Positions 23,507 through 36,104 of a stretch of DNA of 64,000 nt are shown piece after piece. How positions within the stretch are numbered: position 1 is the first letter of the stretch; every line of letters starts with the position of its first letter. Source of the stretch: Macrostomum lignano (taxonomy: Eukaryota); NCBI GenBank assembly GCA_002269645.1, contig NIVC01000486.1, positions 248,001 to 312,000 on the forward strand. The letters are read 5' to 3'. Under the pieces are notes generated by a model. That model worked only from the letters and a program-made list of their open reading frames with translations. It did not search any database and was not told the DNA's origin. A program made the position numbers and the translations under genes.

Positions 23507-26500
23507 ATGCATCTGGAACTCTATGAGCAGTCTCTCTACTCAGACTACGCCGCCTACAGGGCCCACAAGTGGCTCCTGTTCACAGCGCCGCCCGTCATCC
23601 TTCTACTCGGCACCGTCGGCAACCTGCTCAGCGTCTGCGGCCTCTGGGGCGGCGCTGGTGGCGGCCGGACCGGCAGCACCTTCGCCTACCTGATCCTACT
23701 GGCCTGCGCCGACCAGCTCACCCTCGTGGTCGGCCTGCTCCGTCGGTGGCTTCAGCAGGCGCGCGGCTGGCAGACCGAGACATTCAGCGACGCCGCCTGC
23801 GCGGCCACCCACACTCTGCTGACCGCCGCCTCCTACGCCTCGGTGCTGAGCCTGACGGCTGTCACTATGGAACGGGCGGCCATCGTTTGGCCCTGGCCGC
23901 GCGTGCGGGCCCGCCTGGTGAGCAGTCGGATCTGCGTGCCGGCGCTGCTGCTCACCTGCCTGGCGCTCAGCAGCCACTGGCCGGTGCTGCTCCGGCTGCG
24001 CCGGGACCCGCTAGCGCCCGCTGCGACAAACGCCAGCAATGCCACCGCCTCGACGACCGATGCTGACGCCGGCGAGGGCGACCTTCGCTGCGACGTCGAC
24101 GACGAAGTTGGAGCCGGTTGGCTTCGCTCGCTGCTGGCCTGGCTGGACCTGACGCTGTACTCGCTGCTGCCGCTGACCGCGATGCTGGCCTGCAACTGCA
24201 TCATCCTGTGCCGCCTGCGGCGCTCCAAGCGCCTGCGCTACGGATCGATGGCTATGAGGGCCTCGCAGGCCGAGGACAGGAGGGCCGCAGGTGAGCAGCT
24301 TCTTCTACCCCCCCCCCCTGACAGGCTTTGACTGACTGTCTGATCCAGGCTCTGACTGTCTGATACAGGCTCTGACTGTCTGATACAGGCTCTGACTGTC
24401 TGATACAGGCTCTGACTGTCTGATACAGGCTCTGACTGTCTGATACAGGCTCTGACTGTCTGATACAAGCTCTGACTGTCTGATACAGGCTCTGACTGTC
24501 TGATACAGGCTCTGACTGTCTGATACAGGCTCGGACTGTCTGATACAGGCTCTGACTGTCTGATACAAGCTCTGACTGTCTGATACAGGCTCTGACTGTC
24601 TGATACAGGCTCTGACTATCTGATACAGGCTCTGACTGTCTGATACAGGCTCTGACTGTCTGATACAGGCTCTGACTGTCTGATACAGGCTCTGACTGTC
24701 TGATACAAGCTCTGACTGTCTGATACAGGCTCTGACTGTCTGATACAGGCTCTGACTGTCTGATACAGGCTCTGACTGTCTGATACAGGCTCTGACTATC
24801 TGATACAGGCTCTGACTGTCTGATACAGGCTCTGACTGTCTGATACAAGCTCTGACTGTCTGATACAGGCTCTGACTGTCTGATACAGGCTCTGACTGTC
24901 TGATACAGGCTCTGACTGTCTGATCCAGGCTCTGACTGTCTGATACAGGCTCTGACTATCTGATACAGGCTCTGACTGTCTGATACAGGCTCTGACTGTC
25001 TGATACAAGCTCTGACTGTCTGATACAGGCTCTGACTGTCTGATACAGGCTCTGACTATCTGATACAGGCTCTGACTGTCTGATACAGGCTCTGACTGTC
25101 TGATACAGGCTTTGACCGACTGTCTGATACAGGCTTTGACCGACTGTCTGATACAGGCTTTGACCGACTGTCTGATACAGGCTTTTACTGTCTGATACAG
25201 GCTTTTACTGTCTGATACAGGCTTTGACTGGCAGACTGTGACTGACAGTTCTATTGACTGTCTGTTTCTATATTCTGAGCTGCACGTATCCGGGGACCTT
25301 CATCTGAGAAACCTAAAGAAACAAAAAATCCAAGCAGTGGATTAAATTTTAATTCTTTTACTTTCAATTTTCCCGATTGAAAAAAACTCCAAATCCCCCA
25401 GCTTGCATCCTGTTTCCCAAATTTCCCAGTTGCCCAAGTCCGCCTTGCCGGCCTGCACGGCTTCTCCGCCCTCTCCAACAACATCGTACACAACAATGTC
25501 AGCGCCAATCCCCACGCCAAGAGTAGCAACGCCGTGCCGCTGCTGTCAGCGCCGGTGCCCCGGTCTGGCGGCGAAGCTTCGCTACACAGCGGGCGACGGC
25601 AGTACGAGAAGAGCGTGAGACAGGTGCGCGTTTGTGGGGCTTCGGTGACTTGGAGACCGTCTTCCATTGTAGAGGGCATCTCGCTCCGTTTCACTCCTCA
25701 ACCAAGATTAGTTATTTCTCCCTGATCGATGCTAACCCTTTGTATTGTTGCAGCCTCTGTCCTTCCTTGGACTCCCTGTCCTTAAACTATACATCCCTTT
25801 CCCTGATGCTCTATCGGGATGCTCTATCGCTCCACTTTTACAGCCACCTCACTCCGCGACCTTGAGCTACGTATTCCTTTCCCCGATGCTCTATCGCTCT
25901 CACTTTTACAGCCACCTCACTCCGCGACCTTGAGCTACGTATTCCTTTCCCCGATGCTCTATCGCTCTCACTTTTACAGCCACCTCACTCCGCGACCTTG
26001 AATTATGCATCCCTTTCCCCTCATGCTCTATCGCTCCACTTTTACAGCCACCTCACTCCGCGACCTTGAATTATGCATCCCTTTCCCCTCATGCTCTATC
26101 GCTCCACTTTTACAGCCACCTCACTCCGCGACCTTGAATTATGCATCCCTTTCCCCTCATGCTCTATCGCTCTCACTTTTACAGCCACCTCACTCCGCGA
26201 CCTTGAATTATGCATCCTTTTCCCTCATGCTCTATCGCTCTCACTTTTACAGCCACCTCACTCCGCGACCTTGAATTATGCATCCTTTTCCCTCATGCTC
26301 TATCGCTCTCACTTTTACAGCCACCTCACTCCGCGACCTTGAATTATGCATCCTTTTCCCTCATGCTCTATCGCTCTCACTTTTACAGCCACCTCACTCC
26401 ACGACCTTGAACTACGAATTCCTTTCCCCGATGCTCTACCGCTCTCGCTTTTACAGCCACCTCACTCCGCGACCTGAAGTATCTGTTTTAGATAGGATCG

Positions 26501-26890
26501 TATTTGTTCACTCTAGATATATTTTCATTCGTTTTACTGTTTCATCATTGACATCATACCAGAGTACTGTGTAAAAAATTATCAAATATCGATTTGAAAC
26601 AGGTGACGCTGATGCTGCTGCTAGTGTCCGGCCTATTTCTCTGCACCTGCCTGCCAATCACGCTGTTCAAGCTGATAATGGCCACCTCGCCTATTGTCCA
26701 GTCCGATCCGGCTGCATACTCTCGCGTCCGCTTGGCCGAGACCTGCGTCCGGCTGCTGATGTACTGCAACCACGCGGCCAATTTCTATCTCTACTGCCTG
26801 GTTGGCAGGCGGTTTCGCAGAAATCTGCGCCGCCGATGGCGCAATCTGCGCAAATTCTTTGCCGATACAGTCTGCGGCAACCGGTTTTAG
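23507..26890 (+). CDS. Class A (rhodopsin-like) orphan peptide GPCR, invertebrate FMRFamide-receptor-like type, 421 aa; coding exons 23507-24290, 25430-25623, 26603-26890
   Basis: TM1 GTVGN, TM2 LACAD, TM3 MERA, TM5 YSLLP...CN, TM6 FLCTCLP, TM7 NHAANFYLY and helix 8 GRRFR. Splice phases 1 and 0 are consistent; exons sum to 1266 nt. Confidence 0.88.
24325..25230. repeat. 20-bp minisatellite in GPCR intron 1
   Basis: Unit ctgactgtctgatacaggct. Confidence 0.97.
25795..26475. repeat. About 68-bp minisatellite in GPCR intron 2
   Basis: Unit ccctcatgctctatcgctctcacttttacagccacctcactccgcgaccttgaattatgcatcctttt. Confidence 0.93.
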
Positions 26891-27177
26891 CATATCGTAC
26901 ATATGTACATCGTACATATCGTACATACAGAGGCATGGACTTCTAACTAAAACTAGCGCCTGGACTAGAAGCGCTCTACGACAAATTATGTCCTTGCTTC
27001 CCTTGAAGTTGTTGTCATGCACAATACATGCTCTGTGCTTCTTTGTGTCGCTTATCTTTCCTGTTGGTGTCCTGTGACTGCTTATATGCTTCTGCTATGC
27101 TTTCTGAAGATGAAACTGGAATTGACGCCAGTCAATCTGCACCTTTTAAGATGGATTTAGACGCAGGGCCTTGTCGG

Positions 27178-28472
27178 TAGGGGTGTTCGGGTCGGTCATT
27201 TTTTCGGGGTTCGGGGTTTACCCCGAACCCGGTACCCCTACCCCGAACCCCGAACCCCGTCCCGAACATTTCTTCCAACCCCGAACCCCGAACCCGGTAC
27301 CAAAACCCGACCCGACCCCGAACGTAACCCCGAACATTTTCACGCTTATTTTGGTCAATCATTTTAATAAATTAATACACTTTTTCCACCGATAAAAGTA
27401 CAATATTAATTTGTATTTCACTTCAATTGTAAGCCTTTTGGGCGCGACGTTAGCTCATGAATGACTTGGGACAAACACAGTTTATATTTGTTGTATAAGT
27501 GTAAATTATATTGCACAATTCTTATCCTTCAGCTTCAGGAAATTCAAACTGTGATTGTTAGTTACAATGTTAGTTAATTCGGTCCTTTGTCATTTATTTT
27601 CAGTAGATGCTAGATAGTAGACTACATACTGGGCTCATAGACAAAGTAAATGAATAATAATAGTAATATTACATCTATGAGTTTATTTAAGCTGCAAAAA
27701 TAGAGTACAATAAAATTAGATTATACCCTGTAGTGCAGATATCAGTAGAGATAGAACTAGAGCGATAAAGAGATAGCACAGATAAAACAATGATACAATG
27801 AAACGGGAGAGTTAATCACAAATATATATTTATTTTTACTTTTGACTACAGTTAACAGTAAGTCAGTAGTGGTATAACAGAATTGCTATGTAAAAACTAA
27901 AGTGACGTCTTTACATAAAATTGTATGCTGATATGAGTAGGTAATCATTGTGATAATTGATTATTGGCGACTGATGCGTGGAGAATAATAGTGTATTTAT
28001 AAATTTTAAGCTTCCTCATCCAATCCAGAAGTTCAGACCATGTTACACGTAGCACATGTAAAATTATTACTGAACGAAATTTTTTAAATCATCAACTGCA
28101 AGACTGAATGGGTCGAAAAACGACAATCCTTATTTACCAGAAAGTGTAAATGAATCCATGGTTCTATCTGCTATTTCCGTTTCAAATTGTATGTAAAATA
28201 TAACTTAAGTTGTACCTGAAACTCAATGCATATCTTTCGCATTGTGGATTTTGCATAAGGAGTAAAAAGTGCTTGAAAATACTCTTGAGAATGATAATTG
28301 TTCAAAACCCCGAAAACCCCGAAAACCCGGTGGCCAAACCCGACCCGAACCCCGAACCCGGTACCCCTACCCCGAACCCCGAACCCGACCCGGAACACCT
28401 ACCCCGAACCCCGAACCCGGTACCAAAACCCGACCCGAAACCCGACCCGACCCCGAACCCCGAACACCCCTA
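27178..28472. mobile_element. Non-autonomous hAT-like element, 1295 bp
   Basis: 14-bp TIR TAGGGGTGTTCGGG / CCCGAACACCCCTA; perfect 8-bp TSD CTTGTCGG (27170-27177 and 28473-28480); subterminal CCCGAA/CCCGAC arrays; AT-rich non-coding interior. Confidence 0.9.
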
Positions 28473-29269
28473 CTTGTCGGTTCCCGATATTGCGCCAGAA
28501 CTAATTAGGGGCTCGAGCTTATCTTCACTGAGCTTCATCGTGCGGACTACTCACGCAGCTACTGGCTTCTATCATACTATTATAGTCATACCATTGATAT
28601 GACAGACAGATAGTGAAACAAGGAGCTAATAATTCAAAATGGAGTTGTTTCTCCAAAAAAGTACATTTGTGGCTATCAGTGCGTGAATCCTCTCGCTATT
28701 ATGTTTGTTGTCTGCCATCTTGTTCTCCATGTCATGGGTGGTCAAACCCTGCAAAACTGGATTCCAGTCGTCTTTTAAAAATGCTTACTGTCAGCAAAAA
28801 CATGTTTTCTCGTTCGATGTGGCTTTACTCTGTTGTTTATGGAAATATTTAATGAAACAAATAAATAGAAATTTAAACGATCGGTTTTGTCTTGCTGCTT
28901 CATATATTTGAAATTGTCGAACCACGACCCCTGATCGATTCTGTGTGCAACCATATGCAATGGGGAGAAGGTCTAAGAAGGTCTTTTTATCAAAGTTCAT
29001 GCACCGGATTCACTCCACGTCCACGGTACTTGGTCAGTTGATCTGAGCCACCATTTGCCAGTGAAAATGGCCTAGATTCACCCAGTCTGGCTTCCTGAGA
29101 CCGGATATTCTATTTCCCTGATAATTAGTTCTGCATGTACTTTTATCGCAGTCGGAAATTTGCTGTGAAGAAAATCTTGAGGTTAAAAAACGTGAAACTA
29201 AAAAAAACAAGCAATTAAAATCTCCTTTTTGAGGAGAGTACAAGAGAAGACTCTAAAAGAAGAAGCCAA

Positions 29270-29567
29270 CAGATTGAGATCAAACCAACACATTGAGATC
29301 AAACTCACATTGAGATCAAGCTCACATTGAGATCAAGCTCACATTGGGGTCTAACTCACACTAAAATCAAGTTCACATTGAGATCAAGTCAACACATTGA
29401 GATCAAGCTCACATTGAGATCAAGCTCACATTGGGATCAAACTCACATTGAGATCAAACTCAAATTGAGATCAAGCTCACATTGGGATCAAACTCACATT
29501 GAGATCAAACTCACATTGAGATCAAGCTCACATTGAGATCAAACTCACATTGGGATCAAGCTCACAT
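29270..29567. repeat. 17-bp minisatellite
   Basis: Unit cacattgagatcaagct. Confidence 0.92.
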
Positions 29568-30184
29568 TTCTGTCCTTTACAAAATGAGCCGAGTATACTG
29601 TATCATGAAAATAGGCATAGTTTTCACGGCCTTAACATCTCAGTGCCGCCAGACAAATATTATTAGTCACTTTCCAGTAGATTAAGATTAAGTGGGACTT
29701 ATTAGGTGAAGCTTAGGTAAACTTATTAGGGACAGCGCAGACAAAAGGATTTAATATTAGCAGCTAAGCTGCTCACAGGGAAGCGGCTGAACAGCTCTCT
29801 CGGGTTTCCGGCACTGTCTTCAATTCACAGATTCGCCCCTAATTCCCCAGAGAACTGGAAAATTAATTATTAATCCTTTTTCAGGGCACGCGTCTTTCTG
29901 CAGTTAATTCTGCTTAACCTCCCGACGTGACTGAGGGCTTCAGTCGGCGAAGAGGACGCGAGATTTCAATTAAATTATTCCAACCGAGTGGCGCGTCTGA
30001 CACGACTCGGTCACTAGTACTGTGATGGCTTTGCTAATCTTGATAACCTTGCTGCAATTCTTTGTGTTACATTTTTTCCATTTCATTAACACCAAAGAAG
30101 ACAATCACCCTACGGTCCGATGTCACATAGCATTGCGGCCTAGTTAAGCAACTATAATCTCCACTGCTCGATAGAAGCGGAAAG

Positions 30185-30348
30185 TGGTTATAGCCTAGTC
30201 GTTAGAGCATGACTAAAAGGTCGGGGGTTCGATTCTCGACCAACTCGGAACAATTTGTGTCCAATTGAGCAAGACACTTAATTCTGCATTGCTTCAGTTC
30301 ACCCAGCTGTAAAATGGGTGCCCGCATTAGCTGGGGTAATTGAAGGTG
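30185..30348 (+). mobile_element. SINE family 1 copy, 3'-truncated, running into a 32-bp minisatellite
   Basis: A-box tagcctagtcg, B-box ggttcgattc and core ttgagcaagacacttaattctgcattgcttcagttcacccagctgtaaaatggg. Confidence 0.85.
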
Positions 30349-30708
30349 TCCGCTCCCATCAGTGCTTGAGAATTTGCCTCTCCGCTCCCCTCAGTGCTTG
30401 AGAATCTGCCCCTCCGCTCCCCTCAGTGCTTGAGAATCTGCCTCTCCGCTCCCCTCAGTGCTTGAGAATCTGCCCCTCCGCTCCCTCAGTCCTTGAGAAT
30501 CTGCCTCTCCGCTCCCCTCAGTGCTTGAGAATCTGCCTCTCCGCTCCCCTCAGTGCTTGAGAATCTGCCCCTCCGCTCCCCTCAGTGCTTGAGAATCTGC
30601 CCCTCCGCTCCCCTCAGTGCTTGAGAATCTGCCCCTCCGCTCCCCTCAGTGCTTGAGAATCTGCCTCTCCGCTCCCCTCAGTGCTTGAGAATCTGCCTCT
30701 CCGCTCCC
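30349..30708. repeat. 32-bp minisatellite
   Basis: Unit ccgctcccctcagtgcttgagaatctgcctct. Confidence 0.95.
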
Positions 30709-31074
30709 TAAATTTCAAGTAATTTTGGATGCAATCACAATTACCTCAACGATGCCTATATCGCGGCACCAGCCCAACTCAAGCGTGGAGAGCCAGCTGC
30801 ATGCTTCTGCTCAATCAAAGTCATTTCGAAATTTCAGTGAAACACCTGATGCCGCCACACACGCAAATGTTTTGGGCTAAACAAAATTACTGAGCACTGG
30901 CGCATCAAATCTAAACTGTGTCAACACCTGAGCATTCTCGATTTAACAAGCTGTACTAAAAGAAGTATGAAATTTGCTTATATTTTATAAAAATACTATA
31001 AACAAATCTGATTCTTTATTGTATTTTAAAGAAACTGCAAATTTGACTGACGCATACAGGATAAAAAATAGAAC

Positions 31075-32507
31075 CCATGCAGTAGCTGTAATCCATTGAC
31101 TGGATTCTGCAGGAGCTGTAATCCATTGACTGGATTCTGCAGTAGCTGTAATCCATTGACTGGATTCTGCAGTAGCTGTAATCCATTGACTGGATTCTGC
31201 AGTAGCTGTAATCCATTGACTGGATTCTGCAGTAGCTGTAATCCATTGACTGGATTCTGCAGTAGCTGTAATCCATTGACTGGATTCTGCAGTAGCTGTA
31301 ATCCATTGACTGGACTCTGCAGTAGCTGTAATCCATTGACTGGATTCTGCAGTAGCTGTAATCCATTGACTGGATTCTGCAGGAGCTGTAATCCATTGAC
31401 TGGATTCTGCAGGAGCTGTAATCCATTGACTGGATTCTGCAGTAGCTGTAATCCATTGACTGGATTCTGCAGTAGCTGTAATCCATTGACTGGATTCTGC
31501 AGTAGCTGTAATCCATTGACTGGATTCTGCAGGAGCTGTAATCTATTGACTGGATTCTGCAGTAGCTGTAATCTATTGACTGGATTCTGCAGGAGCTGTA
31601 ATCTATTGACTGGATTCTGCAGGAGCTGTAATCCGTTGACTGGATTCTGCAGTAGCTGTAATCCATTGACTGGATTCTGCAGGAGCTGTAATCCGTTGAC
31701 TGGATTCTGCAGGAGTTCTAATCCATTGACTGGTTTCTGCAGGAGCTGTAATCCATTGACTGGATTCTGCAGTAGCTGTAATCCGTTGACTGGATTCTGC
31801 AGTAGCTGTAATCCGTTGACTGGATTCTGCAGTAGCTGTAATCCGTTGACTGGATTCTGCAGTAGCTGTAATCCGTTGACTGGATTCTGCAGTAGCTGTA
31901 ATCCATTGACTGGATTCTGCAGTAGCTGTAATCCATTGACTGGATTCTGCAGTAGCTGTAATCCATTGACTGGATTCTGCAGGAGCTGTAATCCATTGAC
32001 TGGATTCTGCAGGAGCTGTAATCCATTGACTGGATTCTGCAGTAGCTGTAATCCATTGACTGGATTCTGCAGTAGCTGTAATCCATTGACTGGACTCTGC
32101 AGTAGCTGTAATCCATTGACTGGATTCTGCAGGAGCTGTAATCTATTGATGGATTCTGCAGTAGCTGTAATCCATTGACTGGACTCTGCAGTAGCTGTAA
32201 TCTATTGACTGGATTCTGCAGGAGCTGTAATCCATTGACTGGACTCTGCAGTAGCTGTAATCCATTGACTGGATTCTGCAGTAGCTGTAATCCATTGACT
32301 GGACTCTGCAGTAGCTGTAATCCATTGACTGGATTCTGCAGGAGCTGTAATCCATTGACTGGATTCTGCAGTAGCTGTAATCCATTGACTGGATTCTGCA
32401 GTAGCTGTAATCCATTGACTGGATTCTGCAGGAGCTGTAATCCATTGACTGGATTCTGCAGGAGCTGTAATCCATTGACTGGATTCTGCAGTAGCTGTAA
32501 TCCATTT
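31075..32507. repeat. 30-bp minisatellite with internal hairpin, about 48 copies
   Basis: Unit gtagctgtAATCCAttgacTGGATTctgca; no spacers between units. Confidence 0.97.
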
Positions 32508-32934
32508 ACTGTGCATTCCTACTTGAATTTAATGTACTCAATCCAGTTCGACTTCAGTTCTTGTTTGACTGAAAGCGCATTTAGGAGTTGTTTATCATTT
32601 TGTCATGCAAGGGAAAATCTTCCCGATCGGAGGGATTCATGGACTTTCTAACGGGGAAAATAATTATATTCCAGCGGATAATTTCCTTGCCACTTTCTCA
32701 GTAATCGCTGGAAAAGAAAATCAGCGGACAGGTGAACGAAAAAACCAATTATAAAATCTGCGCCGCCTTCGCATTGCAGCCGCCCCCGCTCTTGCTGACG
32801 CAGATAGGCGCAAGCAGATGTGCAAAACTGCGACGCACATGTGCATTCAGTGAGTTCCCTGTAGCACCGAATTCAGTTCAATTATGATCGATTGTCATTT
32901 AGTGATTGAGTTCGTGTGTTCATCTGCGAATTTG

Positions 32935-33135
32935 TGAGTGAGTTCATGAGTGAGTTCATGAGTGAGTTCATGAGTGGGTTCATGAGTGAGTGCATGAGTG
33001 GGTTCATGAGTGAGTTCATGAGTTTATGAGTGAGTTCATGAGTTTATGAGTGAGTTCATGAGTTCATGAGTGATTTAATGAGTTCATGAGTTCATGAGTG
33101 AGTTAATTAGTGAGTTTATGAGTGAGTTCATGAGC
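32935..33135. repeat. 12-bp degenerate repeat (CATGAGTGAGTT)n
   Basis: Read directly. Confidence 0.85.
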
Positions 33136-33769
33136 AATTAATTGAGTCATTTTTGCTTTTTAAAAGCTTAGAAGACTGCCTAAAAATATTTTCGGCATGT
33201 AAAAATGATCAAAGAGCTGCCGTTGTATTATTTTCTGGCTTCCAAGCAGAAAACCTCTACATTTTGAGGAGGCTAAAAGACAGAAAAATTACAGTCGGCA
33301 GTCGGCGGCTGCTCAGAAGAGTCGGAGACAATGGTGGGTGCAAAAAGCGGAAATGTTTCTGCGTTAATGTCAATTTCGTGTGCGGAAAAAATGCAGTTTT
33401 TCTGTGAGCTGAGATTTATCAGCAGAGGTCCCCAAAAATTACCCCGGCAGTCATAAATTCAGACGCACCAGAAAGTACAGATGGGCCTCTGACGTCGCCT
33501 GGTTATAAAAAAACAAACACACTAAGCCTCAAAATTCGAGTAGGATAACTATCGGTGTTGAAAATCAGAGCGAAAGACTGCTTGTTGTGATCCTTAATTA
33601 AAAACATAATTATTAGGCCTTAACTACTGGTTTCAAGGTAAGTGGCTCTTTTGAAGTAGATATTATAGCAACATCAACTGAAAAAAGAAACAGGTTTTAA
33701 ATAATTTATAGAATCAAACAACTGTGCGATTTTAACTGCAAACACTTATGTATAGCTGTGTGCATATTG

Positions 33770-34058
33770 TACACCTGTACTTTTCTATACCTGTACTTAT
33801 CTATACCTGTACTTATCTTTACCTGTACTTATCTATACCTGTACTTTTCTATACATGTACTTATCTACACCTGTACTTATCTATACCTGTACTTATCTAT
33901 AACTGTACTTATTTATACCTGCACTTATCTATACCTGTACTTATCTATACCTGTACTTATCTATAACTGTACTTATTTATACCTGCACTTATCTATACCT
34001 GTACTTATCTATACCTGTACTTATCTATACCTGTACTTATCTATACCTGTACTTATCT
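33770..34058. repeat. 16-bp minisatellite (TATACCTGTACTTATC)n
   Basis: Read directly. Confidence 0.92.
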
Positions 34059-36104
34059 AAAAGTGTACATACTGTATCTATCTGTTGCAATCCTCATATA
34101 TACGTGTATACTTATTCATACCTGCCCTTAAAAAGTACACTTGGTGTGCTCCGATCAGGCATGCATACTTTTGTCAAAAACTTGGTGACGCCATCGAGTT
34201 TGATACTCGCACAGACGAGCGAATGAGCCTCGCAAATAGCAACCTAGCTTTGTGAGTTCAGTCCAAATCAAAGTGATACATTATGTAAAAAATTCAACCA
34301 CTTTTCTGTGTCCATTGTTACATATTTCAGTTTAATAGGAACCGCATTTCATGAACTCGCAATGTCGTTCGTTAGTCTAGACTCTTTCCACTACGGATTA
34401 AAAATGGTTTAAAAATATTCACAATTTTTTTCAACAAAACCTTAGATTAGCCTTAAAAGTTGAATTAAAAAGATCAATTTACTATATCATACTACGGAAA
34501 TGAAACATTTTTGTTAGTTTTTGGCATAAATATCAATATAATTCGTGTTTGAGTTTAGCTAGCATAAGTGTATAAAACATTCAAAGACTTGCAATTGAAG
34601 GACAATTTGACCTTATACTGAAAACTACCAAAAAAATCTGCAAATTTTAAGTATGAAGCACATCCTCCATTTGTCATGTAACGTAATGTGTAAAACTCTG
34701 CACACAGACAAGCATAAGTTAAACAAAACAAAAAGAACTATAAATATTTAAAATGTAATATATAAGTAATGAAAAAAGCAAAAAAATGAAAACAGAAAAT
34801 GCCATGGCAATGGTATTCCGGTATAACAAAGTCCGGAAATTTTTATTTCCTACTTAATAATGTATTATCGGAGATAATCCTTAGAAACTCAAAACAATAA
34901 ACGTTGATGAAGAGTAAGTAAACACTTGATTGATTTTCTAGAAAAGAGTCACCTCAACCTAAAAAATCTCTGTTTCAAACCTCAAAAAGCTGCTCTAATC
35001 TAGGGGTCAAAAGTCTAACAAGGACATCCGGCGATGCTGTGACGGCTTTTGCACTTTTAGCTAAAAGTCTACAGAAGCCAGTTCAGTTCGGTGCAACTCT
35101 CAAAATTGGCCGAAATTGAACCGCTCCTTGAAATGGAATTCCTTTGACCCGTAACTCGACCCGGGAGCTCTGTTATTGATTGGCTAATGCTTTATTAACA
35201 TTCCCGCGGCTGTAGTTGATGACGCCTTTGAAGATTCGCGGTGAAGCCAACCTCAGTTAAACAAAATTGAAATTTGAAGGCTTCTCAAAGTTTCTTTATT
35301 TCTTATTTCAAACTAACTAGGGAAGAAAGTAGTTTTTCCAAGGACCACTAGGAACACTTCGTTATAGAATGACGTTGCACTCTCGATTCGTGAAAAATAG
35401 TGGTTCCACAGGTGACTGGGGTGACAGGTCAGCTACTCTAATGCTTCCTAAACTGCTATTGATGTGTAGAGTGAGAGTTTGTCAGGATATACGAGTAGCT
35501 AACATGTACCGTTGGTACGCATGATCCCTGCACTGCTTATGAAACTCTCTTTTACCATGCTGAATTTTAAAATATTGTTATTTTATAAAGGCGTTTTTAC
35601 TTGTTTTCGTTATTTACTTTTTCCATTTTTGTATATTTTTCGTCACTTTGCAACACTGTTTGACAGACAATAAAATCTGCTAAATCTTTTCAGAAACTTG
35701 TCACTACATGCCACTAATGAAACTGCGAGAGCATTCACAAAAAATGGCACATATGATTTTAAGCTACTTTATTGATTCCTAAACTTGAAGTTTTGAATAC
35801 CAAACGTCTCAAAAATATAGGTTGTCTCCATTGTACAGGATTTTTATTGCACCTACATCTAGTGGGAAACTAAACTAAATGACTTACGCATGTACACACC
35901 GTGCCTCTGTACCAATGGGTTGTGGGTGTAGCAATCGACGCGGGGCCCTTAAGCTCCAACCCCAAATGCTTCGAAAGTCTTCAAACAGAGATTTAGGGGA
36001 CAAAGAGAGATGGCGCATGCACGCTGCAGAAAAAGAACATTTCGGGCAAAGTTCGGCGTGAAATGTATTCGTATGTAAGTAGGTAACCGCACTATGTAAG
36101 TAAT

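Noticed and set aside
31075-32507. CRISPR-like array of 30-bp palindromic repeats
   Set aside because: Units are contiguous with no unique spacers, there are no cas genes, and the context is spliced eukaryotic genes.
31016-32651. Cys-rich CSSCNPLTGF repeat protein (metallothionein- or keratin-like)
   Set aside because: Stop-free by chance of the 30-bp unit; there is no non-repetitive domain or splice context, and it is broken by an indel near 32150.
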